From Octopus vulgaris (lineage: Eukaryota): 64,000 nt of DNA. A program made the position numbers and the translations under genes. The stretch covers positions 40,052,001 through 40,116,000 of the forward strand of contig OX597827.1 in NCBI GenBank assembly GCA_951406725.2. Direction: 5' to 3'. This document shows, in pieces, positions 52,342 through 64,000 of this stretch (position 1 is its first letter; the number at the start of each line of letters is the position of its first letter). The notes below the pieces were generated by a model. That model did no database searches and was not told the origin of the DNA. It saw only the letters and a program-made list of their open reading frames with translations.

Positions 52342-52503
52342 TGATGGTGGTGATGGTGGTGGTGGTGATGATGGTGGTGGTGATGGTGGTGGTGGTGGTG
52401 ATGGTGGTGGTGGTGATGGTGGTGGTGGTGGTGATGGTGGTGGTTGTGATAGTGGTGGTAGTGGTGGTGATGGTGGTGATGGTGGTGGTGGTGGTTGTGG
52501 TGA
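52342..52503. repeat. (GGT/GAT)n trinucleotide repeat
   Basis: Directly visible. Confidence 0.95.
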
Positions 52504-53005
52504 CAAAGGGTAGGTAATTGAGACGAAGGGAAAGTTACGCTGTGATTGTTGTGGTTGTGGTTATGGTGTTGACGGTGGTACGAGCAGTGATTACGAATTT
52601 GTGTGACGTTAAAACGAGGTGTGGGTCAGGTGTGGTAGAAATAACGAAGGTGGTAATATGGTGGTGGTGGTAGTGTTGCTAATTAATGCTGGTGGCTAAG
52701 CAATGCTGAAGACGTAGGAAGCTACAACGAGGTGCGGTGAGATGTGATGTGGTGGTGGAAAAAAGGGCTAAAAAAAAAGGGAAGAGACAGACAGAAGGGT
52801 AACATAAGTAATTCGTAAGAAGTCATTCCCCCTTTATATTTCCTTGGTTGATTCTACTCTCAGTCTCTCTCTCTCCCCATTCTATAAAAATATGTTACAC
52901 TTTGCCCCACCCTACAAAGAGGTGATGGTGATAGAAATAGTTATAAGCAATTACACTGACTACTTCTAACTTCTGCGGTGGGGAAGCACCAGCAAAAATT
53001 CCACA

Positions 53006-53432
53006 GGCGTAGGAGTGGCTGTGTGGTAAGTAGCTTGCTTACCAACCACATGGTTCCGGTTTCAGTCCCACAGCGTGGCACCTTGGGCAAGTGTCTTCTA
53101 CTATAGCCTCGGGCCGACCAAAGCCTTGTGGGTGAATTTGATAGACGGAAACTGAAAGAAGCCTGTCGTATATATGTAGATGTATACATATGTGTGTGTG
53201 TGTGTGTGTGTGTGTTTGTGTATCTGTGTTTGTCCCCAAACATCGCTTGACAACCGATGCTGGTGTGTTTACGTCCTCGTAACTTAGCGGTTCGGCAAAA
53301 ACAAACCGATAGAATAAGTACTAGGCTTACAAAGAATAAGTCCTGGAGTCGATTTGCTCGACTAAAGGCGGTGCTCCAGCATAGCCGCAGTCAAATGACT
53401 GAAACAAGTAAAAGAGTAAAAAGAGAAAGAGT
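53006..53432 (+). mobile_element. SINE family A, full length, CpGs retained (best consensus-like copy)
   Basis: tRNA-like head, CORE-like segment, internal microsatellite, LINE-like 3' end ggcggtgctccagcat..ctgaaac and (aagagta) tail. Confidence 0.93.
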
Positions 53433-53774
53433 ATAGGGAAAAAAATGTCTACGAGACTTGCTGCCTTCTCATACAACAGAAGTCACTCCATCAATGGCCC
53501 TTAAAATGGTCTGCAAGACCATCAGCAAGATCTTTCTGGCAATATCTGGCACATCAGAAGTATCTTGTCACATCCTTCCATCCTAAATTATAGTGATATC
53601 TCTCATATTCAGCCCTCTCTGCATCAATGGCCTATTTAACTTCTGCTCACATCCTCCTACACACAGGTCCGCCTTAACAGCATTATAAGTACCCCCGGGC
53701 AAATCAGTGTGTCAGTATAGTATTTACTGACACCAAGCAAGAGCATACATAGATCAGAAATGGGCCCCTAGACC

Positions 53775-54039
53775 CAGGGTAGGATTAAGGCCCATAGCAT
53801 TTAAAAGATTTTGGTACCCCCATATATATATATGTAATTCAAAATATGAATAATAAAAATCATAAAATAAATTTTTATCTTATCCTATAAACCAATTCGA
53901 ATATTATTCTAATAAGTTTAAAGTGATTTCTTTTGTGCCGTAAACTAGTTACCATTTCTGTGGCGACCCCCTCCCCTCCCATCATTCCCTCGATGCCCTA
54001 AGCACGTGCTTATTTTACTTAATGGTTAATACAGCGCTA
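53775..54039. mobile_element. hAT-type MITE with an 8-bp TSD, adjoining another hAT-like end (53664-53774)
   Basis: Ends cagggtaggattaa / ttaatacagcgcta; TSD cctagacc (53767-53774) and catagacc (54040-54047). Confidence 0.7.
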
Positions 54040-55690
54040 CATAGACCCGTGAAGCCTCAAGGCAAATGTCTAGTATACTCATGCCTTAAGAAAGCAACGC
54101 ACACACACACACACACACACACACCTATGCAGATCATAACACCTTTCACATGCCCTTTGATTTTCGCATACAGAAGTCGTCCACGCGCAACCCAGGGATC
54201 ACTCGCCAGACATTCGGTAATTCCATGCGTATACACCTTGAAAATATCCTTCGACAGGAACATTACTACTTTGTTTCCTTCAACAACACAAACATTTATA
54301 TATCAGGCGAACAGTCTTGTACTTCAACTCTCTTTACTAAATCTTTCGACGCTTCTTCAAATGCTAGGCCTCACGTTCTTTTATCTTTCCTGGTAACTTT
54401 ACGCTTGTAACATTAAATTTTTACCAGTAAAAACTCGCCTTATTCTTCTGATACAAGAAATAATTCACTTCTGATCAACCCACTCTCCACTAGATTATTG
54501 CTCATGGTAAGAAGTTTGCTTCCTAAAGACATGGTTCCAGGTTCAGTCCCATTGCATGGCACTTTGGGAAAGTGTCTTATACTATGGTCCTGGGTCGACC
54601 AAAATCCTTGCGAGAGGATTTGGTAGACGAAAACTGAAAGAAGCCCGTCATGTCACTGTATTTGTCCCCCACCACAACCACCTGACAACCGGTTACTTAT
54701 ATAATTCGGCAAAAGAGACCGACAGAATGAGTACCAGGCTTAAAAAATAAGTACTGGGGTCGATTTGTTCGACTGGTACCCCCAAATGGTCGCAATCGAA
54801 TGACCGAAACAAGTAAAAGAAAATATATTCAGGGTGGTTGTGCTGCTGCTGCACACACATATATATATGTATTGTAGGCTCTTACGTGTTTTGATTACAC
54901 AATGAGTTGAAAAACTTTAACTGAAGTTATCCATGTAATTAGTAGACAAAAACTCGTAATGTGTGATGGGGAAGAGAATCTAATAATAATAAACAATGAT
55001 GAGGTAATTTCAACATATCTTGATTGGAAAATATAGAAAATACAGCATATGAGTGAATCACGTCTTTAAGTCAGCTGGTTTCAGTCTTATTAAGCCTCCT
55101 CTCTACTTAGCTGACTACATTTAATGATCGACGTGGGAATGTAGTTATGCTGATTACGAATATTAACGAGGAGTGTTCTGTAGACCAAATCCAAATACGA
55201 TGTGATTAATTGAGAAAAATTATCCACGCAATTCATAAACAAAAATTCTTCCTGGGACAGTATTTAAAATCCATAAACAACAAGCAACATAGATAATTCA
55301 CATCCAAACTCTACATTAATAACTTTTACCCTCTGGAATTATCTCCCTTGCTTTTATTTTTCCCCTCCTTCAGGAGTTTTTTGACTTCTAAAAGCAACGA
55401 AGTTTTTTTAGCTCACTATATTATATCATATACGCGAAACCTTACAGTATTTATATTTAGTATATAGAATGCTCCCCTGGAGTATTTTCTTCGACCATTT
55501 TGTTGATATACATGCAAACATCCAAAAGATGACCATCTGACTGTTTTACAATAGTCATTATAAAGATGACTATTTAACTGTTTTATAAGGGTCATCTCCA
55601 GTACACTGCAACTACCTAACTCTGTACAGACTCAGTTTCTTCTCACTGTATCTATAACAGCTTCTGCTCCTCTGAAACATTCACCCAATA

Positions 55691-56423
55691 TGTGTCTTTC
55701 CTTTGCAAACTGTCTTCCAAATTTTGTCTTCTTTCGTATTCATGGGATTAGCTGTCGCTCAAATTACGTCAGTTAAAAAAAAATCCGATTTCATCTTGGA
55801 AACCTTTCTTTGCTAGTTGTAAAATGTGCGCACGGTTTAGAAGGGACTCTGGTGGTCATTCGAGCGGTTAGAAACAGCAGACAAATAACTCAAATCGCAC
55901 CCTGACTGTCTTAACATTTTGAACCCACGAGTACGATTCAGTGGGTACGATTTCGCTTGACTTATACCCCTGGGAGATGCAAAAGCGGGCGTTCACATAG
56001 GATTCACGACTCAATTAGCGAGCCCTAAACACAAAACCACGTGGCAGCCCACTTTTGCGTCTTTCTTTGCAAACTGTCTTCCAAACTTTGTCTTCTTTCG
56101 CATTCATGGGATTAACTATCGCTCAAATTACGTCAGTTAAAAAAAATCCGATTTCATCTTGGAAACCTTTCATTACTAGTTGTAAAATGTGCGCACGCTT
56201 TAGAGGGACTCTGATGGTCATTCGAGCGGTTAGAAACAGCAGACAAATCTCAAATCGCACCCTGACTGTCTTAACATTTGAACCCACGAGTACGCTTCAG
56301 TGGGTACGATTTCGCTTGACTTATACCTCTGGGAGATGCAAAAGCGGACGTTCACATAGGATTCACGACTCAATTAGCGAGTCCTAAACACAAAACCACG
56401 TGACAGCCCACTTTTGCGTCTTC
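55691..56423. repeat. Recent tandem duplication, two units of about 360 bp
   Basis: 55691-56055 and 56056-56414 are highly similar; junction microhomology tgYgtctt. Confidence 0.95.
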
Positions 56424-58139
56424 TAGGAGTTTTAGTCAAGCGAATTCGCTGGAATTTGTCTGTGGTTTGTCCACTTGCAATCACGAGTGGAGCGCCTTCA
56501 CACTGTAGCTTGAAATCCCCTTTAAAAAAATAAGATAAGTTAATGAAAATTGGAATGTCGTTGACCATAAGTCAGCTCTATCAGAGATGAAACAACAAAA
56601 CGAGCCAAAGAGGGAGAGAGCTCCGAAAGGGGTCGCTTGACCTACGAGAAATAGCAGCCAAATTTTCCTCAAATCCCACCATCTGTCTTAAAAGGAGGAT
56701 ACGTGTGTATCCAGGATAATTTAGTCATGGGTTCATTTTACCTTAAAAAATTGCAAGCAAATCTCTTTCAAAGTTATACTACTTTCTTAAATAAACGAAG
56801 GATACGTTGGACAATGTTTTCCCCGGTGCACATAATAATAGGTTGGGCGGTGTGAAGCCATGATCATAAGATTTTATCGATAAGGACTTGCCGGGGGCTA
56901 AACAACAACTCTAATACTAGACTAATCCCACGACACATTTAACGAACACCTTTTGTATTTTATTACCAGATATGATTCATATTGACACGATCTTATGGCT
57001 AACTGACTATTCCCTGCCAGCAGGAGTGTATATAAACTGGTGAGAAAGCATATAAGGGAAAAGGGCACATCTCTCTCTCGCCCACACACACACACACACA
57101 CACATTGTTAACGTAGATACATACACTTAGGCGTAGCCAAGATTTCGATGGGAGTATTTTTCAATTATGAATATAGATCCACATTAGTCGTCTAATTTGT
57201 GCTTGTATGTAGATGTAATACAGACACACGCATAACCCAGTGAAGGGAGTCGTTTAAACTTATTGAACCCCTCAACCCCACTGCTTGATAAGCCCGTCTT
57301 TATATTTTATACCACACACACACACGCACATACACACACATACATGCACGCCAACACACCAACTTAACCTTATATTCACAAACACCGAAAACTCGCTTAA
57401 CTTAAAAAGTCTTGTTGCTTTGTTTAACGATCGGCTTGAACTCTCTTAAGAACTTAATAAAAACTCAAAGAAAATGCATTCATTCATTCACACACACACA
57501 TACAAGGGATGAAAAACAGATTCCTAACCCTAAAACCTTAAAGCTAAAACCAGTACAAACGCACGAATGATGTTATAAATAACAGTGACAAACAAATATG
57601 CACCACTGATAGTTGTTATTGACAAACAACGGCAGTAATTTTATTCAGCTGAATACACGTCATTGATTGGTTGAAATTACCGAAATACGACAACTTTAAC
57701 GTTAAATAACTTCGTAAATATAAGTTTTTCTCAAAAACGATAAGAGTAAAAGATATTTTATATTACATATTCTACCAGTGTCCGAAGTTTAAAAGTGTTT
57801 AGTTACAAAAAATTAATTTCTCGATCTGCCGTTCAAAGGAAAAAAGATCCCAGAAAATATCAACAAAGAATACTGATGGAACTTAGATAATTAAACAGCC
57901 ACTAAGTTAAAACATAACCGGCCACATATAGTTGCGTGGGACCACAAGAAGAAATTCTGCTGTGGGACTGAACCCGGAACCATGTGGTTGGGAAGCAAGC
58001 TTCTTACCACACAGCCACTCACACACACATATACACACACACACATATATATATATGACCATAACATCTGACTTGTCTGAAGTAATGGCTGCACGCCGTG
58101 GAAACACCAGAGTAACAAGCCATTGGACCAGACTAAAAC

Positions 58140-58352
58140 TGCGTGCGTGGTTTCAAATTTTGGTACAAGGCCGGCAGTTTCGGAGGAGGCAGCAAGTCGA
58201 TTATATTGATCCGTGTTCAAACGTTACCTAATTTATCTACCCCGAGAGGATAATAGGCAAAGTCGACCTCGACGGAATTTTAACTCAAGACGTAAAGACG
58301 GACGAAATGCCGCTAAGCACCGCCGTACTTAACTATTCTGCCAGCCCGTCGC
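58140..58352 (-). mobile_element. SINE family B (older copy)
   Basis: aggcaaagtcgacctcgacggaattttaactc...ttctgccagc. Confidence 0.8.
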
Positions 58353-58985
58353 ATTCAAGTATACATAAATATTGAATGCCAGATAGTTCGCATAACCATA
58401 TTACTTACACATCCACATTATTATCTCTCTCTCTCAACCTTATATATATATATTACATTAATTTTACAAAGCAAATAGTATCCATGTGCATGCCTCCGTG
58501 TAAACATTATGTATGTGTATACACAAGTATTTACAGTGTACGTGCGAAATCTTAATTACTAATTAATTTTGTAATATAAATTATGCTTACTGCCGATTAT
58601 ACATGATAATTTGTTAAATATAAACACACACACACACAAGACTAAAACCCAGTAACGCCAACATAAACGTATGCCAACGGCTTCGATAGTGAACACCTGT
58701 TCACAGTGATATTTGAAATGTATCACAATGGAAACAGTGAGCAATGGGGGTAAATTCAAATATATAAGCATGCGTTTTTGCGTAGGCTTTTCCGTCTGGA
58801 AAGGGGAATGTAATGAAGTTAGTAACATTTAATCTACTTATATATTTTGTTTCGCAACTGATAAACAATATAACTACGTTGGTTTAAAGGAGAAAATTTT
58901 TCGAACTTGGTACATATAATATGGTGGTAGACGTAAAGAAATAATCGTTAATAATTAGCAAAAATAAAATTAATGAATAAATAGA

Positions 58986-59146
58986 GGCAGGAGTGGCTGT
59001 GTGGTAAGTGGCTTGCTTACTAACCACATGGGTCCGGGTTCAGTCCCACTGCGCGGCACCTTGGGCAAGTGTCTTCTACTATAGCCTCGGGCAGACCAAA
59101 GCTTTGTGAGTGGATTTAGTAGACGGAAACTGAAAGAAACCCGTCG

Positions 59147-59177
<31 letters not shown>

Positions 59178-59368
59178 TTGTTACCCCCCCCACCCCAACA
59201 TCACTTGACAACCGATGCTGGTGTGTTTACGCCCTCGTAACTTAGCGGTTCGGCAAAAAGAGATCGATAGAATAAGTACCAGGCTTACAAAGAATAAGTC
59301 CTGTGGTCGACTAAAGGCGGTGCTCCAGCATGGCCGCAGTCAAATGACTGAGACAAGTAAAAGAGATA
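58986..59368 (+). mobile_element. SINE family A, CpGs retained
   Basis: Matches 53006-53432. Confidence 0.92.
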
Positions 59369-60339
59369 AACAAAAGTCGTCAACAGTCGACTATAAGGGT
59401 ACTAATCATAAATACTTGTTTGATTTATTTTAATTATACATTTTCCTTTTTTAATTATAAGAGCGAACGTTTCCACAGCAGCAATTAGAAGGGCGGGGAT
59501 CTATGAATTCAACTATGGCATACAACACGTGCACTCTTACGCACATCGCTATGCATACTACACATAGGTATACATACACAATGTACATACTACGCACACA
59601 CACACACACACACAAACAGCGACGATTAGTGGCTTCCATACATTTTCAATCTGTGCAGTTTCTTTCTCTTTAATGCGCCCTATTAAAGTTAAAAAGATCG
59701 CCATTAAAGGTTTCCAAAAAACCAATGATGATATCACTGTATTTTGATACTGAAAGTGACAAGGAAGTGTCTAGAACTTAATGCAAAACAAATATCTTAA
59801 GAGACTTCGTAGAAAATGGCTTTTGCGTTTTTAATCATTTATTTATTTGATTATTTATATATTGCTTTTTGTCGTTATACATAAGCGAAAGCTGTACACA
59901 TGTTGTTTCTCTTTACCAAATTCTGCTCACAAAGTATTGGGCAATCGGGAGCTAAGGATAGAACTGGAGTCCAAAACACCGTGCAGAACGATCAAACCTT
60001 GAACATCACATTTGCAAAATTAACTTCTTTACCACAAACTAGAGAAATATCACAAAAACTATTGGTATAGTTTCTATAACCCAGAGGCCTTTCCTACCGC
60101 TAAGTGCACTGGGTGCATTTAATGTACTGTGATACCAGCACGAGAGAGGATGTGTTCTCGGCGTCCTATGTTGTCCCCTTTCGTTCGTTTACGAGCACAA
60201 GAGTTTGCCTCATCCCCGGAATGACCAAAGAAAGTCCCCTCTTCTTTATGTTGTCTCCATTTATTCGTTTTTTTTTTTTCTTTCAGACACAGCAGAGGCG
60301 AAAGAGGGAGTGTTATGCTAAAAGAGTAACAGGAGCAAA

Positions 60340-60970
60340 AAAACTAGTAGAAGAGAAACTTAGAGCGAGGAAGTGATAGATGCATAACGGGTGTTGATAC
60401 GGATGTTAGAAGCAATTTGACTGAGAGATTAGAAAAAAAGAGTGGTGAAAGGGAATCAGAACGAAAGCGTGATAGATGAGAGATTAATAGAAGCAGAGTA
60501 ATGAGAGTGAGCGGATGATAGGAGAAGGAGAGAAAAACAGGTGATTGTTGGTAAGACATTTATTTAGAAACAGCATGAGTAGTGTAAGGGGAAAGAGTGA
60601 ATGATGGAGGAGAGAGAACTGAAAGTGAGAGGCTAATAGATATCAACAACGAGGAGAGTGTGATGGATAGCAATAAAAATGGGTAGTGGTAAGAAAAGGG
60701 CAGTGATGAATGTCAATAATGAATGATAGTTAAAGGAGAGAGAGTGATGGCTAGTTATAACAAGTAGGAAGAAATAAAGAGAGAAAATCGATGCAATGCT
60801 AGCCCTCATCACACAGGTAGCAGGATGAGAGTTAGAGAAAGCGAGACAGTGATAGTAGGCAGAAACACTGACAGAAGATGAGTTGTATAAAGAAGAAGGA
60901 AAGTAATGAAGAGTGAACGGAGTAGGAGATGGACGCATAAAACGAATATCACGAAGAGAAACCCAAATGT
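60340..60970 (-). mobile_element. Highly decayed Penelope-like RT/linker remnant
   Basis: Minus-strand translations LRDIRF, LAFSNSHPATC..SI (cf. YLxFxSxHP) and FLSFSYHPLTL (cf. PLVLTYHP) occur in the expected order. Confidence 0.45.
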
Positions 60971-62011
60971 AAATATTGTACATCTTAATCTTTCTTACCA
61001 TCAGTTTTAGATCCATCTTCCTATGCTTCTCCTTCTTATAGCTATGACAAAGGACAAAATAGGGGTAGCGCCTGGAACGTGCAATGTTAAAAAATCAAAG
61101 CCATATAACTGATCTAGGGTACATGTAGTACTATGTACCCACTTTTCAGCTGTCTCTCATTAAATGAAAGATTAATAATCTCTTATTCAATGTGTTTGGG
61201 GCCAAACAAGTTTATTTCGAGCGAACACAGGAAGTCCTCTGCGCTGTTGCTCCACCTTTACCTTCAAATCACGCCCAATATATCTTAGCTAACAAAGAAC
61301 ACACTGGACAAAGATCTATTCCAGAAGGAATAGATCCCCACAGGTTCTACCAATATTCGAAGTTTCAAACTGTTCAGTTAAAAAAATTAAATAATCTGTG
61401 ATTGAGATGGAATAGATCCCCATAACGTTTCGGCTGATGTCATGATGGAATTTCGAACCCAATCCTCTGTTCACATCCCAATTAGGCAAAAGAGAGAGGA
61501 TGAAATTTATAAACTGACCACAGTCAGTCTACTCTATGTGAAAGACCTCTAGGAAAAAATACAAAAGATATGCGATCCATACGACGTCAGGACAGTATTC
61601 AAGAGTAATACAACACTTCACAAATATCTCCTCCGAATAAAACCATCAACAGAAGAGAATATGACCAAAGACTGCGTTGTGGTAAGTTAAACAAAGGCGA
61701 AACATACTGCCCCCTCAAAAATAAGAGTAGGGGAACATCGTAAAGCTGTGGCACGAGAGGATATTGAAAAATCTGGTATAGCCGATCATGTTTGAAAAAA
61801 CGGAGACCACTTCCCCCCTGTGAGATGAAGTTAAAATAATAGACAGAGGATACCACTGGGAAATACGAAAACTAAAAAAGGCAGCACATATGCTAGGACA
61901 CATGACCTCCTAAGCAAACATAGTGCAGATATGAGTAGAATATGGGAACCGGTATATAGGAAAAATACAAAAATAGGTTTAAGCCCTAAAATTCACTCTA
62001 TAATTGCCCAC

Positions 62012-62260
62012 GGGTATATAGCATAGTGGTTGAGAGCGCGGGCTACTAACCCCAAAATTCCTGGTTCAATCACAGGCAGTGACTTGAATAAATAAATAAT
62101 AGGAATGAGAACTGAGTACCCCATTAGTCTCATAAAGGATTGGATTCGAAATTCCACCAGGACACCTGATGAATGCTGGAGAGTACATCAGCCGAAACGT
62201 TGTGTGATGACACATATCCGTCCAATGTAGATAATGCACATAACTCCTCATCTCTAAAAT
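62012..62260 (+). mobile_element. tRNA-headed SINE-like element carrying a hammerhead motif
   Basis: A box tagcatagtgg (62019-62029), anticodon-like arm ggg-ctactaa-ccc, B box ggttcaatcac (62063-62073), then the hammerhead at 62162-62205. Partial inverted copy at 61421-61470. Confidence 0.65.
62162..62205 (+). ncRNA. Minimal type I hammerhead ribozyme motif
   Basis: acac-CTGATGA-a-tgctgg-agagtaca-tcagcc-GAAAC-GTT-gtgt: canonical core, stem I acac/gtgt, 5-bp stem II with a mismatched closing pair, palindromic loop-less stem III (aacgtt). Confidence 0.65.
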
Positions 62261-62699
62261 ATAGAACAGTATATCATACATACATAACACACATACAATT
62301 AGATAATGTATATACAAGCTACCACAAAACTTCCGGGAGGATGGAGTGTTTCCAATGTTTCTCTCATTTAGTCAAAGACAACAATTCTGGTACTTTATTG
62401 TACTGACCTCGGAAGGATGAAAGCCAAAGATGACCTTGTCTCAAATTTGATTTTAAAAAAAACAATCGCTTAAATTAACCCTCAGTACTTAATAATCATA
62501 TTTTACTGATTCTCTCAGGAGAAATAAATGCAAAATTGACGTCCAGTGTGAGTTGAATTTAAAATATTCTGTACTGAAATCTCACAACCCATTTTTGATT
62601 AAGACAACATTGATTCTACCACCAATAATTAATCCTATGTGAACGCTCAGTTTACGCAAAATAACAGCCAAATTTCCTTCAAATTGCACCCTGTCGTCC

Positions 62700-62973
62700 T
62701 TAACCCATTAATATCCAAATTTTATTTTCCTAAACTTTTTTATTAAAAAAAAAGCTATCCTGAAAATTGAGACAATACTGTTACAAATATTCAGTAAACT
62801 GTAGGCGTAATATTTAAAACTTTTCAATCTTTATAACTGATTAAATATATCTACAAAATATTGAAGAGGTTGCAAGAAGTAAAGAAAATTCTATAAAACA
62901 GTATTGTCGATAAAATATTAATAATTATAATTCTTGCGATCCTAAAAGTGGAACATGGGCGCTAATGGGTTAA
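62700..62973. mobile_element. piggyBac-type MITE, third family
   Basis: TTAA-cccattaatatcca ... tgggcgctaatggg-TTAA. Confidence 0.75.
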
Positions 62974-64000
62974 AAGAATCACTAAGATGTACTAAATGAG
63001 ATCCAGAGAGAACTGTACATAAAGTCTGAATGACCACGACTGGAATGTCTCATTCCAATTCTAATCGATGAGGATTGACCTGGAGCTAAACAAAATCAAC
63101 AAACTGAAGAGAGGTGAAAGATAAAGTTGACCTTGTCGGAATTTGAGCCCAAGATGAAAGGTAACACGTTAATACGTGATTTGTGACCAAGAACAAGACC
63201 AGACTATAATAAAAAAAAAATTTCGATTTTGATTTAAATCTAATTTTTCCAGACAGCTGGAAATAGGGTACATACATTTTGGAAGGTACCTATATATTTA
63301 ATATGTACTATACATCAATTATATGGCTTACATCTACACAGAAACACAACAAAGCCAATAAAAGTGAAAGTCCGTTGGTGCCGTTACTAAATAAAAACAC
63401 TCATTTGAAATTATTCGGTTTCAAACTCCCGACAGCAGATGTCGTTTGTCACCCAAACGCCATACCTTCCTCCTCCTCCCTCGTACATAACATGTTAACC
63501 CTCCTCCTCCTCTCCTTTCCGCCAGCTTCGATTGATTTCCCGTCCCCCCACCTACACCCGTAACACTGTCGCTTCTCTTACTAACACTTTAATTACATGC
63601 TTTCCTTAACTTCTTTTTCTTTCTTTCCTTTCTCTTTCCGTCAGCTTAGAATTACTTACTCTCTCTCCTTCCCACTTCTACTTTCTCCACCCGAAACATT
63701 ATCACCCTCCTCCTCTCTTCCAAACGCTTTAAACCTTATATACAGACGCAGATACACACACACACACAGATAAATACACTACATATGTATCTTCATTCAC
63801 GTTATCTCTCCCCCTCCTCTCACATCTCTATACTATTTTGCAGTCCTTTCTTTGTTTTGCTCTGTCGCTATCTCCTCCCCTGCTTCCTTTGTGTGTATTT
63901 TATACACACACATATACACACACACATACAGCCGCGCGCGCGTATATAAATACCTTCACTTACATATACAAATACGAACATATATACCATACACGAATAG

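Noticed and set aside
62012-62080. Functional tRNA gene
   Set aside because: No properly paired acceptor stem, an unusual ACT anticodon and continuation into a repeat body; it is a SINE head. The same applies to the heads at 9443, 35981 and 53006.
63930-63955. TATA box after a (CG)n run
   Set aside because: Embedded in (CA)/(CG)/(TA) microsatellite at the window edge; cannot be distinguished from simple repeat.

Overview
AT-rich eukaryotic DNA packed with microsatellites and interspersed repeats. The SINE families look like those of a coleoid cephalopod, probably Octopus (recognised by eye, no database check). I recognise no intact protein-coding gene, rRNA, true tRNA or CRISPR array, and nearly all listed ORFs are microsatellite or SINE read-through. 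Supported content: a full-length but decayed mariner element (224-1508), remnants of a Tc1 transposase and of CR1/L2-like, RTE and Penelope-like retroelements, dozens of SINE copies from several families, and many MITEs (TTAA/piggyBac-type, TA/Tc1-mariner-type, 8-bp-TSD hAT-type, Helentron-like), often nested. Three short splice-site-bounded segments on the minus strand and a rise in CpG near 52 kb suggest that most of the window is intron of a minus-strand gene. The most interesting signal is a set of minimal type I hammerhead-ribozyme-like motifs in several unrelated short repeats: one follows a tRNA-like Pol III head and others sit at the turn of long fold-back palindromes.
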